Source: Gemmatimonas sp.
GTDB taxonomy: Bacteria > Gemmatimonadota > Gemmatimonadetes > Gemmatimonadales > Gemmatimonadaceae
Reading direction: 5' to 3'
DNA: 64,000 bases
NCBI GenBank assembly: GCA_031414535.1
Contig: JANNVQ010000030.1
Span: 128,001-192,000, forward strand
Both the position numbers and the translations under genes were made by a program. Below, in pieces: positions 50,290 to 59,219 of the stretch. Position 1 is the first letter of the stretch, and each line of letters opens with the position of its first letter. The notes below the pieces were generated by a model, which saw only the letters and a program-made list of their open reading frames with translations, did no database searches and was not told the DNA's origin.

Positions 50290-50859
50290 TTACTTCTTCC
50301 CGAGCGAAGCGAGATAGGTCTCAACAATCTGACGGTCAGCAGCGCCATCGAGCTTCTGCCCAATGAGCTTGCCAGCGCCGGCCAGCGCGAGGTCCACCGC
50401 TTCGCGGCGGAGCTCTTCGATGGCCTTCAGCTTCTCCGTCTCGATTTCCTTGCGAGCGCGGTCGAGCAACTCCGCCTGCTGCGTGCGCGTCTGCTCCAAC
50501 ATCTCCGAGCGCATGGACTCGGCGGTGGCGCGGCCTTCAGCGATGAAACGCTGCGCCTCGTTGCGAGCCGTCTCGATGGCCGCCCTTTGCTCCATAATCA
50601 TCTTGGCGGCTTCGTTGCGATCGCGCTCAGCGGCGGCGATGGCGTCGAGCAGGGCCTGCTCGCGGCCGCGCACGGCAGCGAGGATCGGGCCCCACGCGAA
50701 CTTGCGCAGCAGCAGCAGCGTGATCGTGAAGACCACGATGGTCCACGTAATCAGGCCGTAGTGCGGCTCGAGCAGATTGACCTTGCCACCTTCAGCGGCG
50801 GCAAAAGCCGGCGACGCCGAGAGCGCGAGGAGCGAGAGAGCGGAGAGGAGCTGACGCAT
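50290..50859 (-). CDS. atpF: ATP synthase F0 subunit b
   Basis: W..V.F..LL..L.KFAWGPI..A...R followed by a coiled coil. Confidence 0.93.
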   Translation of the reverse strand: MRQLLSALSLLALSASPAFAAAEGGKVNLLEPHYGLITWTIVVFTITLLLLRKFAWGPILAAVRGREQALLDAIAAAERDRNEAAKMIMEQRAAIETARNEAQRFIAEGRATAESMRSEMLEQTRTQQAELLDRARKEIETEKLKAIEELRREAVDLALAGAGKLIGQKLDGAADRQIVETYLASLGKK

Positions 50860-50982
50860 TGAGAAATCCAATTGGAAATCGGTCACTGCGGACCGACGTT
50901 GGAATACTTGGAACAGCTATTAAGAAAGCGGAGGGTGGCGTGGAGCGGACCGTTTAGCCCGCTCCACACCGGTACAAACAGT

Positions 50983-51258
50983 TTAGAACTTGCCCTGCAC
51001 CGAGAACGCGACGACGATGCCGAACAGCGCAGCGCCCTCGATGAAGGCCGCGAGAATCAGCGCAGCCGTCTGGATCTTACCAGCAGCTTCCGGCTGACGA
51101 GCCATGCCTTCAACTGCCGAGCCGCCAATGCGGCCAATGCCCATGCCAGCGCCGACAACGGCGAGACCGGCGCCGAGCGCGGCACCTGCCATCGCAATGC
51201 CATTGCTGTTGGTGGCGGCCACTGCTGCTTCCTGAAGCATCGGAACGAACGAGATCAT
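50983..51258 (-). CDS. atpE: ATP synthase F0 subunit c
   Basis: GAGMGIG, ARQPE, FIEGAALF (no E-S/T Na+ signature, so probably H+-coupled). Confidence 0.95.
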   Translation of the reverse strand: MISFVPMLQEAAVAATNSNGIAMAGAALGAGLAVVGAGMGIGRIGGSAVEGMARQPEAAGKIQTAALILAAFIEGAALFGIVVAFSVQGKF

Positions 51259-51371
51259 TTGGAGAATCCTGTAGAGTGATGGTCCAGCATTTTCTTACTG
51301 CGCGTTGCTGATGACGCTTCTCGCCGGCGGGCATTTCTGCCCAGCGAGATTCTCCCAGCGCTCGCTGGGAT

Positions 51372-51428
51372 ACTGGACGGAAGACTGATGACGGATGCTT
51401 GAAGCGTCCGTCATCCGCCATCCATCCT
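51372..51428. repeat. palindromic REP-like element, family A, copy 2
   Basis: Reverse complement aggatggatggcggatgacggacgcttcaagcatccgtcatcagtcttccgtccagt aligns without gaps to 16913-16969. Confidence 0.75.
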
Positions 51429-52358
51429 TTAGTGGTGCGCCTCGCGAATCAGCCCAATGAACACGCTCGACAGCAGCGTGAACACGAATGCTTGGAGGAG
51501 CGCCACAAACAACTCGAGAAACATGATGGCCACGGCCATGCCAAGCGGCGCGACGCCAGCCGGGAACCCGAAGCTGAAGAAGAGACCCATCATCGCGAGC
51601 AACACGATGTGGCCGGCCGTCATGTTGGCGAAAAGACGAATGGCCAAGGCGAACGGCTTGGTGAACTTGCCGAGGAGTTCGACCGGCGAGATGATGACAA
51701 ACATCAGGGGCCGCATCACCACCGGCAGATCCTTGTTCCAATAGAAGATCGTGCTGAGGTAACCCCAGCCATTGGCGCGGATGCCGGCGATCTCCACCGT
51801 GATGAACGTGATGAAGGCCAGCGTCGCCGTCACCGAGATGTTGCCGGTAGCGGTACTGCCGTAGGGCACGAGGCCCAACAGGTTCAACGTCAGGATGAAG
51901 AAGAACACCGTGAGCAGGTAGGGCACGAAGCCTTCACCGTGGTGTCCCACGTTGGGGAGGATGACCTCGTTGCGGATATAGAGGATCATCGCTTCGATGG
52001 CATTGGTGGCACCCTTGGGAGCGGTGCCCTGCGCGGCCGTGCGCGCGTGCGCCCGAGCCGTCAACGTCATCACCAGCACGAGCAGCGTCGCGCCAATCAG
52101 CAGAAAGTACACGTGCTTGGTGGGCGAGAGATCAATCTCCAAGCCACCCACGTGGAACTGCAGCGCCTCGTACTTGGGGAGATGAATCTCCTTGAAGAAC
52201 GGCGGCAGAATCCAGGGGACCTCCATATGGTCCCCGTCCGTGATGTGCGGCGTGATGATGTCCACTTTCTCGGCCTGCGCCGGCGTCTCCGAGGCGCCAG
52301 CGAAAGCAGGCGCGGAGACGAAAACGAGGGCGGCGGCCAGTATGCGTGCGATCTTCAT
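51429..52358 (-). CDS. atpB: ATP synthase F0 subunit a
   Basis: NLLGLVP, LAIRLFANMTAGH, ELFVALLQAFVF. Confidence 0.96.
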   Translation of the reverse strand: MKIARILAAALVFVSAPAFAGASETPAQAEKVDIITPHITDGDHMEVPWILPPFFKEIHLPKYEALQFHVGGLEIDLSPTKHVYFLLIGATLLVLVMTLTARAHARTAAQGTAPKGATNAIEAMILYIRNEVILPNVGHHGEGFVPYLLTVFFFILTLNLLGLVPYGSTATGNISVTATLAFITFITVEIAGIRANGWGYLSTIFYWNKDLPVVMRPLMFVIISPVELLGKFTKPFALAIRLFANMTAGHIVLLAMMGLFFSFGFPAGVAPLGMAVAIMFLELFVALLQAFVFTLLSSVFIGLIREAHH

Positions 52359-52702
52359 TGCTTCAGGAAGAGGGGCTCAACGAGCATCGTGACGAACAGG
52401 AATCCCACCAAACTCAGCAGCGCCGGCCCCGACTCAAGCCCCAACGCCTTCGTTCCCACCACCGCGTACAGAATCAGCACCAGCATCCGCAGGAGGGAGC
52501 CGAGTCCCCAGCCCGCAATCGGATTCGTCTTCACAAACGGCCGCGCGATGGCAAATGCGATGATCTGCACAAACAGCGAAATCACTGCCGACGTCCACAC
52601 TGCCCGGGCAATCTCAGGCTCAGGACGCAACGTCGTGATGCCCCAGGCCCCACCCAGCGTGATGAGCGCGGCGATGGCCGCAAACGCCAACGCCTTGTTC
52701 AT
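52355..52702 (-). CDS. AtpI-like 4-TM membrane protein
   Basis: Four hydrophobic segments with LLR motif; position directly before atpB. Confidence 0.65.
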   Translation of the reverse strand: MNKALAFAAIAALITLGGAWGITTLRPEPEIARAVWTSAVISLFVQIIAFAIARPFVKTNPIAGWGLGSLLRMLVLILYAVVGTKALGLESGPALLSLVGFLFVTMLVEPLFLKQ

Positions 52703-53052
52703 CGGTCCTTCCCATCCTTTGCCGACTCAGCGCGTTTTCGAGCCGCTTCCGCTTCTTCTTCCCGCCGTTGGTCGGCCATCAGGCTTCGATAAATCGAGTA
52801 GAAAGCCGCACCGAAGCCCACCAGCACTCCCAGCAGCATGAAAATTGAGTTGGTTCCGAGCTTCCGGTCCAGCCACTGCCCGAGATACAGGAAGAGGAGG
52901 ATCGAGAGCGTGAACTGCATCCCAATTCCGGCGTATTTACCCGCCCCACCCATGGATCCGATGCCGCCCGAGTGCTGAGCCAGCCCCTTCAGCGGATCCA
53001 CATCCCGAGGGCGTGGTCCCGATGGTTCTTCCGGGGGAGAATCAGGCTGCAT
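52699..53052 (-). CDS. atpZ: AtpZ/AtpI family (ATPase gene 1) protein
   Basis: G.QF...I..F..LG.WLD..LGT. Confidence 0.8.
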   Translation of the reverse strand: MQPDSPPEEPSGPRPRDVDPLKGLAQHSGGIGSMGGAGKYAGIGMQFTLSILLFLYLGQWLDRKLGTNSIFMLLGVLVGFGAAFYSIYRSLMADQRREEEAEAARKRAESAKDGKDR

Positions 53053-53073
53053 TTAGCCTCTAAGAATATGAGC

Positions 53074-53091
53074 TTGTGAAATATTTCGCAA
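53074..53091. promoter_or_regulatory. Rex-type operator upstream of the atp operon
   Basis: TTGTGAA-ATAT-TTCGCAA versus the Rex consensus TTGTGAA-N4-TTCACAA (1 mismatch), 21 nt upstream of the atpZ ATG. Confidence 0.65.
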
Positions 53092-53319
53092 GCAAAACCC
53101 CAGCGCGAGAACACGTCCTCGACCGGCCATCGTTGGCAGCCGCCGAAACGTCCCGTGACATTCGAGCAACCGAGGCGTCCACGCATGAGAGCCGCGGAAC
53201 CGAAGAAACCCGAACAGACACAGAAAGAGACTTTTGCACACCTGCCATACTGCCAGCCGCAGATAAGTGATTTGGCGTCAAGTGACGGCGCCGCTTTCAG
53301 TTAGCTGTTACCTAGCTGT

Positions 53320-53348
53320 TTGACGAATCGTCCAACTGTTGATAAGTT
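53320..53348 (+). promoter_or_regulatory. sigma70-like promoter for the BsuPI-like gene
   Basis: TTGACG-17 nt-TAAGTT, ending 28 nt before the ATG at 53377. Confidence 0.5.
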
Positions 53349-53376
53349 ATTCATCACCCCCACTGGTACTGTCTAG

Positions 53377-53844
53377 ATGCGTGACAAGGTCCCATTCACT
53401 CTTGTGTGTATTGCGGTGCTCGCATTTGCGTGCGGACCGCGTCCACGTGGTGATGGAACACCGGATCGCAGCACCGCAAAGCGTAGTAGCGCAACAATTG
53501 ATGCGCGCGCACCACTCGCACCAACGCTTGACGTTGCCGTGAACGACGGTGTGCGGTTCAACTTCGACGTCACCAACGCGGGCGCGCGAAAAGTCGAGTT
53601 GCTTTTCAATGATGGTCGCACGCACGACATCGTCGTGATTGATTCACTCGGCCGCGAAGTATGGCGTTGGAGCGAAGGCCGCATGTTCACGCAGACGGTG
53701 CAGAACAAAGTTCTGCGAGCAGACGATACGATTAGCTTCGCGGAGTCGTGGACCGACGCAACACCAGGTTCCTACGTCGCCGTCGCATCAATGCCCTCGC
53801 GCAACTTCCCAGTCGAACATCGCGTCGCATTCGTCGTACGCTGA
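53377..53844 (+). CDS. lipoprotein with BsuPI (intracellular proteinase inhibitor)-like domain
   Basis: Lipobox AFAC; V.L.F..G..HD.VV.D..G.EVWRWSEGRMFTQ. Confidence 0.75.
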   Translation: MRDKVPFTLVCIAVLAFACGPRPRGDGTPDRSTAKRSSATIDARAPLAPTLDVAVNDGVRFNFDVTNAGARKVELLFNDGRTHDIVVIDSLGREVWRWSEGRMFTQTVQNKVLRADDTISFAESWTDATPGSYVAVASMPSRNFPVEHRVAFVVR

Positions 53845-53869
53845 GCTCGGATTTCACTCGAGAAACTTC

Positions 53870-53898
53870 AAAGGCCGCGCAGGATTGCGCGGCCTTTT
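53870..53898. terminator. bidirectional terminator hairpin
   Basis: aaaggccgcgca-ggat-tgcgcggcctttt between convergent genes. Confidence 0.75.
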
Positions 53899-53901
53899 CG
53901 T

Positions 53902-54633
53902 TTACGCGTCGCTCGGTTCTTCACCGGCAGCAGTAAATCGATATCCGACACCGCGCACGGTGTGAAAGTGCCGCGGTCGCTCGGGCTCTCGCTCAAATCG
54001 CTTGCGCAGCCGCACGATGAAGTTGTCAATCGTGCGTGAGCTCGGGAGCACTTCCCCGCCCCACACGCGCTCCAAGAGATCCTCGCGCCACACCACGCGC
54101 CCATCGCGCTTGGCCAGCTCAGCGAGAATGAGCGCTTCCTTCGGCGTGAGCTGCTGCTCCTCGCCATCGAACGAACGGCCACGGAAACTCGTGAAGTCAA
54201 ATTCGTTACCGCCAAAGTGCAGTAGCTCTCGGCTGCCGAGTAGCGCATCGAAGCGCGTACGCCGACGCACGATGGCGGCCACGCGCAATAGGAGTTCGCG
54301 CAGATGAAACGGCTTGGGCAGGTAATCGTCGCCACCGGCCTCGAGCCCTCGAATGCGATCGTGCGCGCCACCCTTGGCCGTGAGAAACAGCACGGGCGTG
54401 TCATTCCCCTCACGACGCGCCGTCTCGCAGACGGTGAAGCCGTCTAGGCCTGGCAACATCACGTCGAGCACTACCACCGCGTAGTCGTGCGCGCGCATCT
54501 TGGCGAGCGCCGTCGGGCCGTCGCCCACGAGCTCAACGTCGTAGCCCTCGTGCACGAGGTTCTCACGAATCCCGCGCGCGAGATTCGGTTCGTCTTCCAC
54601 CAAGAGCACCTTGGCGCCTGGGACTGCGCTCAC
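53902..54633 (-). CDS. OmpR-family response regulator
   Basis: LVEDE, LDVMLP, FLTA, DDYLPKPF, wHTH RTIDNFI..LRK, TVRGVGYRF. Confidence 0.93.
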   Translation of the reverse strand: MSAVPGAKVLLVEDEPNLARGIRENLVHEGYDVELVGDGPTALAKMRAHDYAVVVLDVMLPGLDGFTVCETARREGNDTPVLFLTAKGGAHDRIRGLEAGGDDYLPKPFHLRELLLRVAAIVRRRTRFDALLGSRELLHFGGNEFDFTSFRGRSFDGEEQQLTPKEALILAELAKRDGRVVWREDLLERVWGGEVLPSSRTIDNFIVRLRKRFEREPERPRHFHTVRGVGYRFTAAGEEPSDA

Positions 54634-55658
54634 GATTGATTCTCCGGCTTGTCGAATGTGGGGCGAGGCCAGCGCACGCTGAAAACTGCGCCGAGTCCGT
54701 GGCCCGCGCTCTGTGCACGCACGCGGCCTCCCGCGTGCGTCACCAAGCGCTCAACGAGGTAGAGGCCCAGTCCGGTGCCCTGCATGCGACCTCGACCATC
54801 GCCCTCAACCCTATAGAACTGCTCGAAGAGCCGCGGCGCTTCCCTGGGCGGAAAGCCAACGCCATCGTCGCTCACCTCGACGAGCACGTCGTGAGCCTCC
54901 ACCTCGCCGTGCACGCGCACCACACCCTCGCGGGGCGAGGCCTTGATCGCATTGTGCAGCAGATTGCGCACCACGGTGCGTACGCCATCGCGGTCGGCGA
55001 GCACGACCAACCCGTGCGGCAACACGGCATCCACACGCACGCCGCACTCAGCGGCGAACTCGCGCAGCTCTTCCGTCATCTCTAGTACGATGTCATCCAG
55101 CGGCACGCGCTCGGGATGCGCTTCGCCGCCGCTCGCCAAGCGCGACGTGTCGAGCGTGTTGGCCACCATGCGCTCCAAGCGACCGAGCTCCACCAGTACG
55201 CGTCGCACCAACTCAGCGCGCTCGGCGGGGCCGGGGTTGCGCAGCGAGAGCGTTTCGACCGACAGACGTAAGCTCGCGAGCGGTGACTTGAACTCGTGCG
55301 ACACGGCCGCGAGAAATTGATCTTGACGGCGCCGTAGCTCCGATTCTTCGCGCAGCGCCTTGAGGACCACGACCATGGCGGCCAGCAACACGCCGAGGAA
55401 GAAGGCCCCTTCCCACGCGTAGCGATTGAGTCGCTGCGCGCGCTCGGTGACCAGCGAGGCAATCTGATCTGGACCCGCACCGTTGGCCACGAGCGCCGCG
55501 GCGAGCCGTTCCGTCATCAGTTGCGTGTACCGCCACTCATCCCATATCCAGAAGGCGAGCTGGGCCGCACAAACGAGCAGCAGGACGATAAAGCCAAGCT
55601 GCACGGAGCGCGTGGAGGGGGTGCGCCCGGTGGGGGCGCTGGAGCGCGATGAAATCAT
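54630..55658 (-). CDS. membrane sensor histidine kinase
   Basis: Two TM segments, SHEFKSPL, NLLHNAIK, DDGVG, GTGLGL. Confidence 0.92.
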   Translation of the reverse strand: MISSRSSAPTGRTPSTRSVQLGFIVLLLVCAAQLAFWIWDEWRYTQLMTERLAAALVANGAGPDQIASLVTERAQRLNRYAWEGAFFLGVLLAAMVVVLKALREESELRRRQDQFLAAVSHEFKSPLASLRLSVETLSLRNPGPAERAELVRRVLVELGRLERMVANTLDTSRLASGGEAHPERVPLDDIVLEMTEELREFAAECGVRVDAVLPHGLVVLADRDGVRTVVRNLLHNAIKASPREGVVRVHGEVEAHDVLVEVSDDGVGFPPREAPRLFEQFYRVEGDGRGRMQGTGLGLYLVERLVTHAGGRVRAQSAGHGLGAVFSVRWPRPTFDKPENQS

Positions 55659-56959
55659 GCACGAAGTCTAGCGCGTAGGTCGCGGGCGAGGTCGGGAGCG
55701 GCAACTTCGAGAAAGTCTGCCGCTGCCTCTGGACCGGCCGCGGCGGAGAGGTCGCGCAGTCCGCGCGACGGGATGTGCGCGAGTTGGTGCGAGAGTCCGT
55801 CCGCCCAGAGGCGCAGCGCTGTGCGCTGTACGGCATCGAGCGAACTCAAGTCGGACTTTAAGGCCCGCTCCACTTCGCGTTGGGCGCTGTCCGCGTAGCG
55901 GCGACGCAGCTCCACAATGGTGGGGTTCACCACGTCGGTCCGTGCGCGTCTGCGACGCTCGTCGAGCGCCGCATCAACAATCGCGCGCGCTTCGCCGAGG
56001 GTCTCCAGTGCCAGCTCTCGCTCCGCTTCGGCGCTGCGCGTGATGCAATCCATCCCTACGTATGGCATGCCTGCCGCCGTGGCGTCCTCAGCGCGTAGCG
56101 AGGCGGGCACGCTCAAGTCCACCACAAGTGGAGGGATGCCCGTGGTGCCGTTCTTGGCGATCCGCAGGCAGTCCGCCTGGGAGAAGAGCGGTTCTTGCGC
56201 TGCGGTGGCAATGAGTAGCGCGGACACCGCATTCGGTGCGCCGCGGAAGTCCTCAAGTGAGCGCAGCCGCGCGTCGGGCGGCGCAATTGCCTCAGCGCGC
56301 GCCAGTGTGCGATTCACCATCACGACTGGGATGCCGCGCTGAGTGAGCGACGCAGCGCAGTGCGCCATCATGGGCGACGCCCCAACGAGCGCAACGGCTC
56401 CTGGCTGCACGGCGAGCCGTTGCGTCACATGCTCGAGGGCGATATCCGCGAGCGACGCTCGACCAATGCGGCCATCGGTAGCGGGGCGAACGCGCTTTGC
56501 AACCTGCAGGGCATCATGCAGTACGGCGCGCAACGCATCGCCGAGGAGTCCCGCTGCCTCGGATTCGGCGGCGGCAGTCTTCAGTTGCCCCGCAATCTCA
56601 CTCTCGCCCGCGCGAGCGGAATCGAGGCCACTGGCCACGAGATACAGATGCTCGATTGCCCCTTCGGCGTCCCACGCACGCAATACCCGATTCGCGGCGA
56701 GCACTCCAAAGAATTTCTGCAGTCGGACGCGGCGCTCGGCGACGCCAATATCGGCTCCGCCCGTAAAGGCGACTTCCACGCGATTGCAGGTCGCCAAGTA
56801 AAGGAGCCCATCCACCTCAAGCGCCGACGCAAGCTCGCGCAACTGCTCCTCGCGCCGTTCCCGCGGAAGCGTGAACTGTGCGAGCAGGTCTGCGCTGGCG
56901 TGTCGCCAAGAGATACCGAGGAGGCCGAGCGAGTTGTGCATCGTGCCGCTGGCGCTCAC
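55655..56959 (-). CDS. hemA: glutamyl-tRNA reductase (divergent)
   Basis: ATCNRVE, HLY.VASGLDS...GE.EI.GQ, NRT..RA, VDLSVP. Confidence 0.85.
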   Translation of the reverse strand: MSASGTMHNSLGLLGISWRHASADLLAQFTLPRERREEQLRELASALEVDGLLYLATCNRVEVAFTGGADIGVAERRVRLQKFFGVLAANRVLRAWDAEGAIEHLYLVASGLDSARAGESEIAGQLKTAAAESEAAGLLGDALRAVLHDALQVAKRVRPATDGRIGRASLADIALEHVTQRLAVQPGAVALVGASPMMAHCAASLTQRGIPVVMVNRTLARAEAIAPPDARLRSLEDFRGAPNAVSALLIATAAQEPLFSQADCLRIAKNGTTGIPPLVVDLSVPASLRAEDATAAGMPYVGMDCITRSAEAERELALETLGEARAIVDAALDERRRRARTDVVNPTIVELRRRYADSAQREVERALKSDLSSLDAVQRTALRLWADGLSHQLAHIPSRGLRDLSAAAGPEAAADFLEVAAPDLARDLRARLRA

Positions 56960-57909
56960 GCTACCGCGAGACGCGCGAGAGCGCGGATGAAGGCGGGATG
57001 CGTATCCACGGCCGCCACGCGAACGAAGCGTTCACCGCCCGCTTCCATGAATGACTCGCGACCGCGATCGCCAATCTCCTCGATGGTTTCCAATCCGTCT
57101 GTCACGAAGCCCGGCGTGACGACGGCTACCGACTTGATGCCGCGCTTCGGCAAGTTCTCGAGCACAGCGTCGGTGGCTGGCGTGAGCCACTTCTCGGGGC
57201 CGAACTTACTCTGGAAGGTGAGCGTGGACTTCTCCACCGGCCACTTGATGGCCTCAAGCAGGGCCGTGGTGGTGTGGCAGCAATCGGAGGAGTAGGAGCG
57301 GCGCTCGTTGCGGTCGTAGCGCTCGGGGATGCCGTGGTACGAGATCACGACGTGCTGTGGCGGCTCGTCGCCGATGGCTTCGAAGAATCGCTCCGCCTGC
57401 GCTTCGATGTAGCCGGGATCGGCGGCGGGAATTACGCGGTCAATGACCGGCACGCCGAGCTCCATCGAAACCGCAGATTCGAATGCGCGCCTGAATGCCG
57501 TGCCTGTGGTGCTTGAGGTGCGCTGCGGGAACAGCGGCACGACGATGAACTTCTCCACACCGGCATCCTTCATCCTCTGCTTCTCGGACGCGATGCTTGG
57601 CTCGCCGTACCGATACGCCGCGCTCACCGTGAAGTGCTCATTGGCCACGGCGCGCACTTCGGCGACGATGCGCTCTGTGGAGGCGCGCAGTGGCGAGCCC
57701 TCGGGCGTCCAGATGGACTCGTAGGCGTGGGCCACCTTCTTGGGCCGCGTGCGCAGGATGATGCCCTGCAGGATTGGCTGCCAGAACCACTTCGGAAAAT
57801 CGATGACGTCGGGGTCGGAGAGGAATTCGTCGAGGAAGCGACGGACGGATTCCGCCGTGGGGGCGTCGGGGGTGCCGAGGTTGACGAGGAGCAGGTGTGG
57901 GCGGGGCAT
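56956..57909 (-). CDS. hemH: ferrochelatase
   Basis: LLVNLGTP, GSPL, PLFPQ, SYHGIP, FQSKFG..WL.P, F.TDGLETIEEI. Confidence 0.95.
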   Translation of the reverse strand: MPRPHLLLVNLGTPDAPTAESVRRFLDEFLSDPDVIDFPKWFWQPILQGIILRTRPKKVAHAYESIWTPEGSPLRASTERIVAEVRAVANEHFTVSAAYRYGEPSIASEKQRMKDAGVEKFIVVPLFPQRTSSTTGTAFRRAFESAVSMELGVPVIDRVIPAADPGYIEAQAERFFEAIGDEPPQHVVISYHGIPERYDRNERRSYSSDCCHTTTALLEAIKWPVEKSTLTFQSKFGPEKWLTPATDAVLENLPKRGIKSVAVVTPGFVTDGLETIEEIGDRGRESFMEAGGERFVRVAAVDTHPAFIRALARLAVA

Positions 57910-58046
57910 GTGTGTAATTGTCGGCACCTGCCGCCAGCGAGTGTCATCGAACTGTCATGGATGACGGGCCCCGTTCTCTTGAGCGTCTGGCGGGGGCTGT
58001 GCGTTAGATTCCCGAACCCCTGCCGCACCCCCATTCGAGGACGCTT

Positions 58047-59063
58047 GTGAGCCAGACTGTTGGGCGCGACGCTGCGGCGGACGCGCGGGACCTGGAGATG
58101 TTGGCACGCCTCGCCGAGGCGCGGAAGGAGATGGGCCGTCAGATTGCCCAGCGCATCGTGGGCCAGACGGACATCGTGGATATGATGACGAGCGCGGTGC
58201 TCGCGGGCGGCCATGTGTTGCTCGTGGGCGTGCCGGGCCTCGCCAAGACCCTACTGATCTCTACGCTGTCGCAGGCGCTGGATCTGGAATTCAGCCGCAT
58301 CCAGTTCACGCCCGACCTCATGCCGAGCGACATCACGGGCACGGAACTGCTTGAGGAAGACCACGGCACAGGCAAGCGCGCGTTCACGTTTGCGCGTGGG
58401 CCTGTGTTTGGGAACATCGTGCTCTCGGACGAGATCAACCGCGCGCCGCCAAAGACGCAGGCGGCGCTGTTGCAGGCCATGCAGGAGCACACGGTGACGG
58501 TGGCCGGCAAGACATACTCGCTGCCTGAGCCGTTCTTTGTGCTGGCGACGCAGAATCCGATTGAGCAGGAAGGCACGTATCATCTGCCTGAGGCTCAGCT
58601 GGACCGCTTCATGTATGAACTGCGTATGGGCTATCCCAGTGCGGCGGAGGAAGAGGCGATCGTCGCGACGACTACGGGCGTGCTGAAGGGCGTGGTGAAG
58701 CCGGTGTTGACGGCCGCTGAGGTGCTGGAGATGCAGAAGCTGGTGCGCCGCTTGCCGGCTCCGCCCTCGCTGGTGAGTTATGCGGTGGGTCTTGCTCGTG
58801 CCACGCGTCCGGGCGAGCCAGAGGCGTCGGCCGCGGTAAAGAAGTACGTGAGCTTTGGCGCGGGGCCGCGTGCTGGGCAGAATCTTGTGCTTGGCGCCAA
58901 GGCGCGGGCGGCGATGGATGGGCGCGCGGTGCCGGATCTTGAGGATGTGGATGCGGTGGCGTTTAGCGTGCTGAGGCATCGCGTGGTGCTCAACTTCCAG
59001 GCTGAGGCTGAGGGGATGGGGATTGAGCAGATTTTGGGGTTGGGGAGTCGGGCTGGCCGCTAG
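58047..59063 (+). CDS. moxR: MoxR-family AAA+ ATPase
   Basis: GVPGLAKT, RIQFTPDLMPSD, DEINRAPPKTQAALL, ATQNPIEQEGTY.LPEAQLDRF. Confidence 0.93.
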   Translation: MSQTVGRDAAADARDLEMLARLAEARKEMGRQIAQRIVGQTDIVDMMTSAVLAGGHVLLVGVPGLAKTLLISTLSQALDLEFSRIQFTPDLMPSDITGTELLEEDHGTGKRAFTFARGPVFGNIVLSDEINRAPPKTQAALLQAMQEHTVTVAGKTYSLPEPFFVLATQNPIEQEGTYHLPEAQLDRFMYELRMGYPSAAEEEAIVATTTGVLKGVVKPVLTAAEVLEMQKLVRRLPAPPSLVSYAVGLARATRPGEPEASAAVKKYVSFGAGPRAGQNLVLGAKARAAMDGRAVPDLEDVDAVAFSVLRHRVVLNFQAEAEGMGIEQILGLGSRAGR

Positions 59064-59084
59064 CGCCCCCTAAGAAGGTTTTCG

Positions 59085-59118
59085 CCGCCGCCGGATGACT
59101 TCCGGCGGCGGTTTTTTT
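59085..59118 (+). terminator. rho-independent terminator after moxR
   Basis: ccgccgccgga-tgact-tccggcggcgg followed by T7. Confidence 0.85.
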
Positions 59119-59219
59119 GCCGTTGGCCTTCTAGCGGGCCGAGCCTGTCGAGCGCATTCTAGCCGTGGCGGCTGGCACAGGTGACGGCCGAGTGACGGGC
59201 TCTGCGAGGATATGGCTAC

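Noticed and set aside
51308..51395. Two CTGATGA motifs suggesting a hammerhead ribozyme
   Set aside because: No correctly placed GAAA after a stem II, and they lie on the non-transcribed strand.
58047..59063. moxR without adjacent DUF58/vWA partners as a novelty
   Set aside because: Partners are often encoded elsewhere, and this cannot be judged from one window.
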